A stretch of 64,000 nucleotides of DNA from an uncultured Ferruginibacter sp. (GCA_964645235.1 CAZYAT010000009.1:9374-73373), one strand, 5' to 3'. Shown: positions 16,764-26,654, numbered from the stretch's first letter. Numbers and translations: made by a program. Notes: generated by a model from the letters alone, not told the origin.

Positions 16764-17654
16764 CTATTTATTCTCGATTGGTCTGACCTCATAACCTTCT
16801 TTCCGCAGTAACCCGATCACCCCCATTTCTCCCGGCAGGTGGCCTGCACCTACTGCTATGAATACAGATTCTTTAGACATGATCGTTTTTAATTGCACCA
16901 CCCAGTTGCGGTTGCGCTGGTTTAGTAATACATCAAGGTCGCCTTCCATGTCAAACTCATTGCTGTTGAGCATGCGTTCCAGTGTGACCATATCCTGGTT
17001 CTTATACGCCTGTATCATAGAGTCCAGGTAACGCTTTGATTTTTGTAAACTATCAATGGTCCGGATCAGCTCAATCGCCTGTTCCTGGTAAGGGATGCTG
17101 TCGAGCATAGCCGCCTGAAAAGCCATCGTCTCCAGTCCACGTATCTCCTTTTTGTATTCTTTGCACAGTTTCATCACCTGTTCTTCCACTCCGCTCATAT
17201 CCTTGCAGCCCATCAGCCTGGGGTATACCAGGGAGGAAAGCATCATGGGTTTCATCGATTGAAACATCGTCAGCTTTGTTTTCAATGAATCTTCAAAAAA
17301 CTTTTCGAGACGCTTATATTCTTCCTCGGTGTAGAGGTCCTTTAACTTTTTTCCATTTTTCATATTCAGCATGGAAAGTCCGCCCAGGATGACAGAAGGA
17401 TCATCCATATCTAACTCCATGTACACAGCAGAACTGTTCTTTAGCGCCTGTTTCAATGCTTCACTAAATTGGATGTCTTCTTTACAAAGAAGGTGAAAAG
17501 TACCCAGCAGGTAACTGGGTTGCATCAGTCCGTTACCGTTTATCTCCCAGAGCAGTGTGTTGCCCTTTTCATTGGTTTTATAGGAAGACCCCGGCTGTGC
17601 AGACAGGTTAATAGTTATTAAGAAGAGGGTAATGGAAAAAAGGTAGTATCTCAT
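16764..17654 (-). CDS. TraB/GumN-family protein
   Basis: Signal peptide; SYLLGTFHL, GLETMAFQ, RNRNW, AVGAGHLPG. Confidence 0.9.
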   Translation of the reverse strand: MRYYLFSITLFLITINLSAQPGSSYKTNEKGNTLLWEINGNGLMQPSYLLGTFHLLCKEDIQFSEALKQALKNSSAVYMELDMDDPSVILGGLSMLNMKNGKKLKDLYTEEEYKRLEKFFEDSLKTKLTMFQSMKPMMLSSLVYPRLMGCKDMSGVEEQVMKLCKEYKKEIRGLETMAFQAAMLDSIPYQEQAIELIRTIDSLQKSKRYLDSMIQAYKNQDMVTLERMLNSNEFDMEGDLDVLLNQRNRNWVVQLKTIMSKESVFIAVGAGHLPGEMGVIGLLRKEGYEVRPIENK

Positions 17655-17731
17655 GTAAAAAAGTAAGAACTAAAAGTACAAAGAACCTTTGAGCCTGATA
17701 CCTTTTTATTATATTAGCCAAAACAACTTTT

Positions 17732-19711
17732 ATGAGAACTGCCCTCCTGCTCCTTGCCTGCCTGTTGCTGGCTGGTAAGATGTCCTACTCACAAAAAGGC
17801 CTCCCTGCTTTTGGAAAAGTTGATAAAGCCGACCTGGAAATGACGGATTGTGATTTTGACAAAGGTGCCAGTGCTGTGAAACTGATCGATTACGGCAACA
17901 TTTATTACGACAAAGGAGAGATCGGGTTCAGTTATTTTAAAACGGTCCTGGAGGCCCGCATCCGCATCAAGATCCTCAAAGAATCCGGGATATCTGAAGC
18001 AAATGTGAGCATCCCCTATTATACCCGCAATAACGAAGAACGTATCATCAAGGTGAATGCAAACACCTACAACCTCGACGCCTCCGGTAAAGTGCAAACA
18101 ACGGAAGTGAAAAAAGCATCCATCTATTCCAAAAGGCTCAACCCATATTTCTCTGCCATGATCATCGCCTTCCCCGAAGTAAAAGTGGGCAGCATCATCG
18201 AATACAGTTATACACAGGAAAGCCCCCGGCTGGATATCATCGACTGGATATTCCAGGATAAAATACCGGTACGATACAGTGAATACCAGGTCAAGATACC
18301 ACAGATCTTCCGTTTCAGTGACCAGCGCAGCGTGGTCGATCACCTGGATGTAAAAGATGAAGTGCTTGAAGAGATCATCTCTATAACCGACGGAACCATG
18401 TCGGGCAAGGTGCTCAAACGGAACTATGTCATGCATAATCTCCGGGGCATCAGGGAAGAGCCTTTTATGGGATCACGGAAAGATTATATGCAACGGGTAG
18501 AATTCCAGTTATCGCAGATCGACCTGGGTACCCGGGTGATCGATGTACGCAACAGGTGGAGCCATGTGATCAAATCTCTGAACGAGGATGAAAGTTTTGG
18601 CAGGCAGCTGGAGCGGAATGTAGCTGGTACTGCAAACATAGTTGACCAGGCGAACCAGATCAAAGATGAAGAACAGAAGATGAAATTCCTCTTCGAAAAA
18701 GTAAGAAAGGAGGTCACCTGGAATGAACACGATGGAATTTTTGCCGAGAACGGTATTGTAAAAGCCTGGGAATCGAAAACAGGCAATGCGGCCGATATCA
18801 ACCTCTTACTGATCAGGCTGCTCAACAGCACCGGTTTTAAATCGTCGCCGATCCTGTTCAGTACCCGCGAAAATGGACTGGTGGTAACATCCAATCCCGA
18901 TCCGGGTCAATTCGACCGGGTAATGGCCTACGTACCCATCCAGGACAAGTACTTTGTGCTGGATGCCAGCAACCGCTTCATTAATTATAAAATAACTCCG
19001 GAAGAGGTGGTTAATACGAACGGGTTCATTATAGAAGGGGAAAACGGTAAATGGAAAGAGATACTTTCAGGTAAATATCATTATAAAATAATGGGAGCCG
19101 TTCAGGGAGAGATCGATGCAAACGGTAACATGACCGGTAACTGCCTGGTGAATTGCTATCATTATGCACGGGTACCGCGTTGTGAAGAATATTCCAAAAA
19201 TCCCGGCAAATTCAAAGAGGACAGGTTTACCTCTCTTTACCCATCCTATAAACTGGATGAATTTGCAGTAAACAACGTCGACGCAGATTCGCTCCCGCTT
19301 GAACAGAAATTCAAATTCACCACTGTATTGAACAGCTCAGGGAATTACCGGTACTTCAACGTGAATCTTTTCTCCGGCCTGGAAAATAATCCATTCATCG
19401 CCGAAGAAAGATTGGCAGACATTGATTTTGGCTACCTGCAGGATTACAGCCTCTTTGGCAATTTCACCATCCCGGCAGATTATGTATTCGATGGCCTTCC
19501 CGAAAGTATTTCGATGGTAACCGAAGACAAAGGCATCGTATTTACCCGTAGTGTGAATGCCGACGGGAACCTGCTCAACGTTCGCATCACTATCGAGTTC
19601 AAACAAACCTTCTACCCTGCGGGTTCATATGCCGATTTCAGGGAATTCTATAAAAAGATGTTCGATAAACTGAATGAACAGGTGGTGATCAAGAAAAAAG
19701 CGGCTCCATAA
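17732..19711 (+). CDS. DUF3857 / transglutaminase-like / DUF3858 exported protein
   Basis: Signal peptide; FPEVKVGSIIEYSY, WIFQDKIPV; core GNAADINLLL and LDAS. Confidence 0.85.
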   Translation: MRTALLLLACLLLAGKMSYSQKGLPAFGKVDKADLEMTDCDFDKGASAVKLIDYGNIYYDKGEIGFSYFKTVLEARIRIKILKESGISEANVSIPYYTRNNEERIIKVNANTYNLDASGKVQTTEVKKASIYSKRLNPYFSAMIIAFPEVKVGSIIEYSYTQESPRLDIIDWIFQDKIPVRYSEYQVKIPQIFRFSDQRSVVDHLDVKDEVLEEIISITDGTMSGKVLKRNYVMHNLRGIREEPFMGSRKDYMQRVEFQLSQIDLGTRVIDVRNRWSHVIKSLNEDESFGRQLERNVAGTANIVDQANQIKDEEQKMKFLFEKVRKEVTWNEHDGIFAENGIVKAWESKTGNAADINLLLIRLLNSTGFKSSPILFSTRENGLVVTSNPDPGQFDRVMAYVPIQDKYFVLDASNRFINYKITPEEVVNTNGFIIEGENGKWKEILSGKYHYKIMGAVQGEIDANGNMTGNCLVNCYHYARVPRCEEYSKNPGKFKEDRFTSLYPSYKLDEFAVNNVDADSLPLEQKFKFTTVLNSSGNYRYFNVNLFSGLENNPFIAEERLADIDFGYLQDYSLFGNFTIPADYVFDGLPESISMVTEDKGIVFTRSVNADGNLLNVRITIEFKQTFYPAGSYADFREFYKKMFDKLNEQVVIKKKAAP

Positions 19712-19720
19712 GAAGCATCT

Positions 19721-21559
19721 CTACCGGGTACCATATAGACTTCCGCCTTTTTCAAAAAGCCGGTCGACTTTTTTTTCAATTTCGGGGTCTTTTACCAGCG
19801 GCGGCGCATGATGCGGTTTGATGCGGGCATCCATCACCAATGGACCCAGGCAGCCCCAGTGTTTATTCCTTGTAAAGGCATTGATGCCATACATATCGTG
19901 AGAGGGATTGCAGCGGGTGAACGTAACCCACAGGAAATTGTTCAAGGATTGACAGGTGAAAAAAGCATCGTCACAGATCACTATCAAAGCAATCCCTTTT
20001 AACTGTTCATCAAAGCCGGCACATTGGTCATCCAATACTTTCATTTCTTTATCGGCCTGCCCGTAATTACTGAATGATGCGGTCTTTAAAGCAACCACTC
20101 CCGGAATGACCATCCGGGCATCCTCAAATCCCTGTAGACTCTTTAAGCAACCCGGAACATCCTTTGCAAGCTCCCTTCGCTTGTCTCCATAGGCTGCCAG
20201 CACCACTTTACTGCCGCTGTTGAGGTTGGTACCGGAGTAGTCGAGCGTATCGATGGTAGTGTTTGTATAAAAATGTACATCCCGTTCCAGGTCGATCCTT
20301 TCCAGTACATACCTGAGATACTCCTCCACATTATAAGTACTTAATCCGGTATGTCCGTCGGCAGTAATGAACAGGAACTTGGCAAGGCTTAATTGCCCGG
20401 TACCAAGTATATGATTGGCGATGGTGAGGATCTCGGCCGGTTGTTTTGTTTGTGCGTATGGGGTGTATCGTTCGCTGCCAATGGCAAGCAATAAGGGGTG
20501 AACACCGGCAGCATCAACAGCATACACTTCTTTCAGGCCCGGGATCTCCTGCTGAAGGGCCTTACCGGTAAGTGTATGAATGAGTTTGCCAAAGCTGGTA
20601 TCTTCCTGCGGTGGCCTGCCAACAACAGTGAAAGGCCAGATAGCATCTCTTCTTGCATATACCTTGTGTATATTCATCACAGGGAAATTGTGCCTCAAGC
20701 TATAATATCCAAGGTGGTCGCCGAACGGTCCTTCCGGTTTATTCTGACCGGGGTATACCAACCCAGTTATCACAAAATCGGCATCGGTGCTTATACAAAA
20801 ATCATCCTGGTACATGTACCTGAACCTCCTGCCTCCCAATACTCCGGCAAAGGTCATTTCGCTGATCCCTTCGGGAAGAGGCATTACAGCCGCCACGCTG
20901 TGAGAAGGCGGCCCTCCTACAAATACGCTTACTTTAAGAGGCAGGCCTTTACGGTTCGATTTTGACTGGTGAACACCAATGCCTCTGTGAAGTTGATAAT
21001 GCAATCCAACTTCCTCATCCTTCCTGTATTCGTTGCCCGACAACTGGATGCGGTACATCCCCAGGTTGGCATGCATGATGCCCGGCTGGTCAGGATCTTC
21101 CGTATATACCTGGGGAAGTGTTACAAACGCACCACCGTCCATAGGCCAGTGGTGGATTTGCGGAATGTCGCTGATCTTGATCTCCTGGTAAACTAGGGGC
21201 CTTGTTGCGGGATTCTTTTTTGGCAGTGCTTTGAATGCTGCAAGGCCTGTTTTAAAATTTTTGATCGGGCTTTTTATGGCCTTGACCGGGTTGTTTTTAA
21301 GTTCGATCAGTTGCTGAACCTGAGTTAATGTATCACGGAAGATGAATTCACTCCGCTGGAGTGTACCGAAAATATTGGAGGCTGCCCTGAACCGGCTTCC
21401 TTTTACTCTTTCAAAAAGCAATGCCGGCCCGCCGGCTTCATGTACACGCAGGTGAATGGCGGCCATTTCCAGGTAGGGATCCACCTCTTCGTTTATGCGT
21501 ATAAGCTGGCCGTTCTTTTCCAGGTCAAGTAAACATTCTTCTAACGAGCGGTAGGCCAT
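19721..21559 (-). CDS. UbiD-family (prFMN-dependent) decarboxylase
   Basis: 612 aa; DGGAFVTLP, NLGMYRIQL, PEGPFGDHLGYY, VVGRPPQED. Confidence 0.9.
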   Translation of the reverse strand: MAYRSLEECLLDLEKNGQLIRINEEVDPYLEMAAIHLRVHEAGGPALLFERVKGSRFRAASNIFGTLQRSEFIFRDTLTQVQQLIELKNNPVKAIKSPIKNFKTGLAAFKALPKKNPATRPLVYQEIKISDIPQIHHWPMDGGAFVTLPQVYTEDPDQPGIMHANLGMYRIQLSGNEYRKDEEVGLHYQLHRGIGVHQSKSNRKGLPLKVSVFVGGPPSHSVAAVMPLPEGISEMTFAGVLGGRRFRYMYQDDFCISTDADFVITGLVYPGQNKPEGPFGDHLGYYSLRHNFPVMNIHKVYARRDAIWPFTVVGRPPQEDTSFGKLIHTLTGKALQQEIPGLKEVYAVDAAGVHPLLLAIGSERYTPYAQTKQPAEILTIANHILGTGQLSLAKFLFITADGHTGLSTYNVEEYLRYVLERIDLERDVHFYTNTTIDTLDYSGTNLNSGSKVVLAAYGDKRRELAKDVPGCLKSLQGFEDARMVIPGVVALKTASFSNYGQADKEMKVLDDQCAGFDEQLKGIALIVICDDAFFTCQSLNNFLWVTFTRCNPSHDMYGINAFTRNKHWGCLGPLVMDARIKPHHAPPLVKDPEIEKKVDRLFEKGGSLYGTR

Positions 21560-21564
21560 GGAGG

Positions 21565-21599
21565 GAAATTAATCATTAAGAATTATGAATTAATAATTT
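21565..21599. repeat. Heptamer array
   Basis: GAAATTA-ATCATTA-AGAATTA-TGAATTA-ATAATTT just upstream of the UbiD start. Confidence 0.65.
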
Positions 21600-21672
21600 T
21601 TAGCCCTGCAGATCCTTGCAACATCAGGCAGGAACTTTCTAATCGAAGGAATTATTAACTATGGGTTCTTAA

Positions 21673-22656
21673 TTATTTCTTCATGTACATCACTTCCTTT
21701 ACCAACTTCACGGTCCTGGGTATATCCGGCAAATAGGCTGCCACCAGGTTGGGGGCATAGTGCATCGGTGCATCGGCAGATGTGATCCTCCGGATCGGTG
21801 CGTCGAGGTAATCAAATCCTTCTTTTTGTATTCGGTAGCTGATCTCGGAAGAAACAGAGGCGAATGGCCATTGCTCTTCCACGATCACGAGGCGGTTTGT
21901 TTTTTTAACGCTTTCCAGGATGGTGAACCAGTCAAGAGGCCTGATCGTAGCGAGGTCGATCACTTCGGCGTCGATCCCTTCTTTAGCCAGTTCTTCGGCG
22001 GCCCCCAGGGCAACTTTCATCATTTTATTGAAAGAAACAATGGTAACGTCTTTGCCCTTCCGTTTGATAAAGGCCTTACCGATCGGAAGCAGGTATTCTT
22101 CTTCCGGAACCTCTCCTTTATCACCATACATCTGTTCGCTTTCCATGAAAACAACCGGATCGTCGTCGCGGATAGCACTTTTCAATAAGCCCTTGGCGTC
22201 GTATGGATTAGAAACAGAGATCACTTTGATACCGGGGATATTTGCGTATAGAGATTCAAAAGCAGTTGAATGCTGTGCCCCCAATTGGCCGGCACTGCCA
22301 TTTGCGCCCCTGAAAACGATGGGGCAACCGATTTGCCCGCCACTCATTGCCAGCATCTTAGAGGCTGTATTTAAAATTTGATCTAAAGGCAACACGGCAA
22401 AATTCCATGTCATGAATTCAACAATGGGACGCAGGCCATTCTGAGCAGCGCCCACAGCAATTGCGGCAAAACCAAGTTCGGCAATAGGCGTATCGATCAC
22501 CCTTTTCTCGCCAAATTCATCGAGCATACCCTGGCTTACTTTATAGGCGCCATTGTATTCTGCTACCTCTTCTCCCATCAAAAAAACCTTTTCATCCCTC
22601 CTCATTTCTTCCTGCATGGCTTCCCGTAGGGCTTCTCTAAAAGCTATTTGTCGCAT
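21673..22656 (-). CDS. pdhB: Pyruvate dehydrogenase E1 beta
   Basis: GEEVAEYNGAYKVSQG, DTPIAELGF, AQHS, EVIDLATIRPLD. Confidence 0.96.
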   Translation of the reverse strand: MRQIAFREALREAMQEEMRRDEKVFLMGEEVAEYNGAYKVSQGMLDEFGEKRVIDTPIAELGFAAIAVGAAQNGLRPIVEFMTWNFAVLPLDQILNTASKMLAMSGGQIGCPIVFRGANGSAGQLGAQHSTAFESLYANIPGIKVISVSNPYDAKGLLKSAIRDDDPVVFMESEQMYGDKGEVPEEEYLLPIGKAFIKRKGKDVTIVSFNKMMKVALGAAEELAKEGIDAEVIDLATIRPLDWFTILESVKKTNRLVIVEEQWPFASVSSEISYRIQKEGFDYLDAPIRRITSADAPMHYAPNLVAAYLPDIPRTVKLVKEVMYMKK

Positions 22657-22681
22657 TGCTGTTGTTTAGTTTATGAGGTTG

Positions 22682-22689
22682 CAAATTTA
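22682..22689 (-). promoter_or_regulatory. sigma-A -7 box of pdhB
   Basis: Minus-strand TAAATTTG. Confidence 0.7.
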
Positions 22690-22718
22690 TCCTATCAGTG
22701 GCAGATGAACAAATCCGG

Positions 22719-23372
22719 TTAAAGGCTTTTGACAGTTGTGATGAAGTCCTTTAGTTTCTGTACATCCAGCTTTCCGTTGGTACGTACGCCACTGCAAATA
22801 TCAACACCATAAGGCTGTACGGTTTCTATGGCTTCACGAACATTGCCCGGGTGCAGGCCACCTGCAAGAAAAACAGGAACTTTCACTCCCTCGACCAGTA
22901 ACCTGCTGATCTTCCAGTTATGGGTATTGCCGGTTCCACCAAGTGTTTTAACGGCCGCTTTCGGATTGCCGCTATCGAGTAAGATGGCGTCTACATAAGG
23001 TTGTACCCCCAGAGCCTGATCGATGCTTTCTTCGCCGGTCACATGGATGACCTGTACGATCTTAAGGTGTGGTAACGCATTCCTGATCTCATCGTAGCTG
23101 CCTTCGGTCAGTTCATCCACGATCTGAACAGTGTTGGTATGAACCCTGTTCACATGAGCGATTATATTGGACGAGGTTTGTTCGCTGGTAAGCAAAAAAG
23201 AAGCAATGGGCGGATGGATCGTTCTGGCAATGGAGGCAATGAGTTCATCATCGATCGGACCGGGGCCACTGGGCATTCGTCCTACCAGGCCCAATGCATC
23301 GGCGCCGTACCTGGTGGCAAGCCGGGCCTCTTCGTGAGAGCTGATGCAGCATATCTTTATTTTACAGGCCAT
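22719..23372 (-). CDS. trpF: Phosphoribosylanthranilate isomerase-like (TrpF family)
   Basis: KICCISS, LLDSG, GGTGNTHNW, FLAGGLHPGNV, GVDICSGV. Confidence 0.8.
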   Translation of the reverse strand: MACKIKICCISSHEEARLATRYGADALGLVGRMPSGPGPIDDELIASIARTIHPPIASFLLTSEQTSSNIIAHVNRVHTNTVQIVDELTEGSYDEIRNALPHLKIVQVIHVTGEESIDQALGVQPYVDAILLDSGNPKAAVKTLGGTGNTHNWKISRLLVEGVKVPVFLAGGLHPGNVREAIETVQPYGVDICSGVRTNGKLDVQKLKDFITTVKSL

Positions 23373-23374
23373 AC

Positions 23375-23402
23375 AAAAAACCGTTCGCTGAAGGCGAACG
23401 GT
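23375..23402 (-). terminator. Intrinsic terminator-like hairpin abutting trpF start
   Basis: Minus strand ACCGTTCGC-cttca-GCGAACGGT followed by a T-run ending 2 nt before the ATG. Confidence 0.75.
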
Positions 23403-23415
23403 GCTGTTTCGAATG

Positions 23416-24087
23416 TTAGAATTGTTTTTCGAGCAACACTTTTACGTTGTAAGGGAGATATTTGAGGATCTCTTCATTATCGCACACATAGCGCTTCATA
23501 CGCACATAACCGTTCCGCTCGTGGGCCTTGATGATCGATTCATTATTCTCGAAGCATGATAACTGTGCCCTGCAGACGTTCGGGTCGAGTTCTTTCGCAT
23601 AGGCCAGGTGAACATCCATCAGTTTTTGGGTGATCCTTTTCCCCCGGTGGTCGTTATCCACGTACACATACTCTAACTGGTAAGTACCCGTGGGCCTTTC
23701 AATATGAAGCATCTCCTTGATCATTTCCATTTTTTTCTGCGCCTTGATCACATTCTCTTTCGGGAACACATAAGCGATCAGGTTCGACTTCAGCAGGTTG
23801 GAAGACATTCCGTCGTAGTAGCCCTCCACCCAGCCGCCCAATGCACCTACAGGCTTATCCCCGTACCAGCAAATGAAAAAGCTGCTCACCGAAAAATCGC
23901 AACCATCCACTTCTTCTTCGAGCATCTTAATGATAAGCGTCTTTACCTCTTCTTCCGACAACTCGAAAAAATTAGCAAGGCCGAGATTATCGGTCAGGCT
24001 TTTTTCAGCGCCGATGATCACATCCGCAATAAAGTCTACATCATTAAGCGTGGCTTTTTTGATCACATATTCCTGTTCTTGTTCCAT
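23416..24087 (-). CDS. GNAT-family N-acetyltransferase
   Basis: Start MEQEQEYVIKKATL; LEYVYVDNDHRGKRI acetyl-CoA motif; NESIIKAHERNGY. Confidence 0.8.
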   Translation of the reverse strand: MEQEQEYVIKKATLNDVDFIADVIIGAEKSLTDNLGLANFFELSEEEVKTLIIKMLEEEVDGCDFSVSSFFICWYGDKPVGALGGWVEGYYDGMSSNLLKSNLIAYVFPKENVIKAQKKMEMIKEMLHIERPTGTYQLEYVYVDNDHRGKRITQKLMDVHLAYAKELDPNVCRAQLSCFENNESIIKAHERNGYVRMKRYVCDNEEILKYLPYNVKVLLEKQF

Positions 24088-24104
24088 ACCTGTATTTATT
24101 TCAT

Positions 24105-25286
24105 TTATTGAATATTCTCGATAACCATTGCACTGGCGCCGCCGCCGCCATGGCAGATCCCGGCAGCTCCGTATTTCGCATTGTTCTGCTTCAGCACATT
24201 GATCAGTGTAACCACGATCCTTGCACCACTGCAACCTAAGGGATGGCCCAATGAAACCGCCCCCCCATTCACATTCACCTTTGATGGATCAAGCTTCATC
24301 CGGCGGCTGTTCTCGATACCCACCACTGAAAAAGCTTCATTCAGCTCCCAATAAGCAATGTCTTCCATCTTCAGCCCCGCTTTTGAAACTGCTTTAGGAA
24401 CCGCCAGGGCAGGTGCTGTGGTAAACCAGGCAGGTTCCTGTGTGGCATCGGCGTAAGATAATATTTTCGCAATGGGTTTCAAACCCAGGGCCTCAGCTTT
24501 TTCCTTACTCATCAGTACCAATGCTGCAGCGCCGTCGTTCATGGTGGAAGCATTGGCGGCTGTAACTGTGCCGTCTTTTTGAAACGCCCCTTTCAATGAG
24601 CTTATCTTATCAAATTTTACTTTGTAAGGTTCTTCGTCTTTTGCTATAACAACCGGGTCACCTTTTTTCTGGGGTATCTCTACCGGAACGATCTCTTCAT
24701 TAAATTTTCCCGATTCAATGGCTGCCTGGCTTCTTTTATAGCTTTCAATGGCAAAGGCGTCCTGTTCTTCGCGGGTAACGCCGCAGGTGCTGGCACAGAG
24801 CTCGGCAGCATTACCCATTGCTTTGCCATCGTAGGCATCCGTTAAACCATCTTTGGCAAGGCCGTCTATTAACTGAACATTACCGTATTTATTGCCCCAG
24901 CGCAAACTATCCGAATAAAACGGGGCATTGCTCATACTTTCCATCCCACCGGCGATCACCACATCGGCATCGCCTAACAGAATGCTTTGAGCACCCTGGG
25001 CAATTGCTTTCATAGCACTGGCACAAACCTTGTTTACTGTCGTACTGCAAACGCCATCGGGCAAACCGGCATAACGGGCAGCCTGGTGGGCCGGCGCCTG
25101 CCCAAGATTGGCCTGCACAACTGAACCCATCAGGACTTCTTCTACCACTCCAGGTGCGATCCCGGCCTTTTTCATCGCTCCTTTGATGGCGATGGCCCCC
25201 AGCTGGGTGGCGCTGATATCCTTTAAAGAACCTCCGAAGCTTCCAATAGGGGTACGGACGGCCGAAATAATATACACTTCTCTCAT
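24105..25286 (-). CDS. Acetyl-CoA C-acyltransferase (thiolase)
   Basis: VNKVCASAMKA, NEAF, GHPLGCSG, ICHGGGG. Confidence 0.96.
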   Translation of the reverse strand: MREVYIISAVRTPIGSFGGSLKDISATQLGAIAIKGAMKKAGIAPGVVEEVLMGSVVQANLGQAPAHQAARYAGLPDGVCSTTVNKVCASAMKAIAQGAQSILLGDADVVIAGGMESMSNAPFYSDSLRWGNKYGNVQLIDGLAKDGLTDAYDGKAMGNAAELCASTCGVTREEQDAFAIESYKRSQAAIESGKFNEEIVPVEIPQKKGDPVVIAKDEEPYKVKFDKISSLKGAFQKDGTVTAANASTMNDGAAALVLMSKEKAEALGLKPIAKILSYADATQEPAWFTTAPALAVPKAVSKAGLKMEDIAYWELNEAFSVVGIENSRRMKLDPSKVNVNGGAVSLGHPLGCSGARIVVTLINVLKQNNAKYGAAGICHGGGGASAMVIENIQ

Positions 25287-25306
25287 ATAGCTTGACGTTT
25301 AGACTG

Positions 25307-25314
25307 CAAATATA
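25307..25314 (-). promoter_or_regulatory. sigma-A -7 box of thiolase
   Basis: Minus-strand TATATTTG. Confidence 0.7.
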
Positions 25315-25454
25315 CGTATAAGCCTCTTAGCGGATCAAGCCGCACGAACATGAATACGCTGTTCATTTTTTGTGCTTGCAAATGACAATTCTTGTTTGTA
25401 GCTTGTTTTCCCCCATTATTATTCTGCTGCATTTCAAAACTAAATTTTCGAAAA

Positions 25455-26171
25455 ATGAACAAGAACTACAAGGGAGTTTCCCCCCGCCGCAAATTCCTGG
25501 GAACGATCGCGACTGGCGCTGCCGCATTGGGTCTTTCAACCATTGCTGCCCCGCTGAATGCACATGGAGGCATGGCACCATCATTTGAAAATAATTCAAC
25601 GGGCCCCGACAACCCGGAAGAATGGTTCAACCAGATAAAGGGAAAGCACCGGATGGTGTTCGATGTGGTTGATCCAAAACAGGGCCACGAAGGCATTCTC
25701 CCCTTTGCCTGGCCGAAGGTATTCCTGCTCACCAATGCCGCAACGGGCACACCAGAAAAAGAAACCAGTGCAGTAGTGGTATTACGCCACAATGCGATAC
25801 CCTACGCAATGGAAGACAGGCTTTGGGCCAAATATAAACTGGGAGATGTATTCAATATAAAGGACGATACCACCAATGCCCCTTCATTACGTAATCGTTT
25901 CTGGAAGCCCGATCCCGGTTACAGCGTTCCCGGAGTTGGTCCTGTACCCATCGGCATCAACGAACTGCAGGAAAGCGGAGTGATGTTTTGTGTATGCGGA
26001 ATGGCCATCAATGTACTCAGCGCCGTTGTAGCCGGCAATATGAATATGAAGCACGAGGACGTAAAAAAGGACTGGATGTCGGGCCTTTTGCCGGGTATCC
26101 CTGTTATGCCATCAGGGTTGTGGGCAGTAGCAAGGGCACAGGAGCATAAGTGCTCTTATGTAAAAGTTTGA
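25455..26171 (+). CDS. Tat-exported protein, probable DsrE-like fold
   Basis: SPRRKFLG twin-arginine motif; KHRMVFD, VVVLRH, GVMFCVCGMA. Start set at MNKNYK. Confidence 0.7.
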   Translation: MNKNYKGVSPRRKFLGTIATGAAALGLSTIAAPLNAHGGMAPSFENNSTGPDNPEEWFNQIKGKHRMVFDVVDPKQGHEGILPFAWPKVFLLTNAATGTPEKETSAVVVLRHNAIPYAMEDRLWAKYKLGDVFNIKDDTTNAPSLRNRFWKPDPGYSVPGVGPVPIGINELQESGVMFCVCGMAINVLSAVVAGNMNMKHEDVKKDWMSGLLPGIPVMPSGLWAVARAQEHKCSYVKV

Positions 26172-26192
26172 TAGAGTCCAGATACACACAAA

Positions 26193-26220
26193 AAAAGGCT
26201 GCTGAATTCAGCAGCCTTTT
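26193..26220. terminator. Bidirectional terminator (perfect 28-bp palindrome)
   Basis: AAAAGGCTGCTGAATTCAGCAGCCTTTT between convergent genes. Confidence 0.85.
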
Positions 26221-26258
26221 GCTAACCCCCTGTTCCGTGCTGGTTTGAAATTGACTGT

Positions 26259-26654
26259 TTACCATTTGTCGTAGCCCCTTCTGCGGTCACGCAGGAACAT
26301 ATTCCTCCTGTCGTAGAATTTATCCATCACTGCTTTGATCTCACAATCCCTTTGCCCTTCGATCTGTTTGATGGCACGCATCTTTTCAAAGCGGCTCATG
26401 AAGTACCTGTTCTGCACCATGCGGATCTTGTAATCGTATTGCCGGTAGATCTGGCTGATCTGCATATCCTTTTCACGGGCGGTGAAGTAATATGTGTTCC
26501 TGAACTTGTCATCGTGTTTATCAAATTTGTCCTTTCCATCGCCCCTGTAATCGCCCTGCCTGTTGTTGAAAGACCAGTCTTCCTTTGAATCGTATTGAGC
26601 AAAAGCCGAACCGATCATGAATGCAGTAACCATCAGTGTAAAGATCTTTTTCAT
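26259..26654 (-). CDS. Hypothetical secreted protein
   Basis: Signal MKKIFTLMVTAFMIGSAFAQ; charged Arg/Asp-rich body. Confidence 0.75.
   Translation of the reverse strand: MKKIFTLMVTAFMIGSAFAQYDSKEDWSFNNRQGDYRGDGKDKFDKHDDKFRNTYYFTAREKDMQISQIYRQYDYKIRMVQNRYFMSRFEKMRAIKQIEGQRDCEIKAVMDKFYDRRNMFLRDRRRGYDKW

Noticed and set aside
14205-22656. pdhA and pdhB separated by 6.5 kb
   Set aside because: Each has its own -7 box; dispersed PDH genes are ordinary in Bacteroidota by recall.
24088-24234. Apparent 130-nt overlap of the GNAT ORF with thiolase
   Set aside because: Artefact of longest-ORF calling; ATG at 24087 gives a normal non-overlapping gene. Starts were trimmed similarly for EVE, CtlX, GLPGLI, kdsC, iscX and others.
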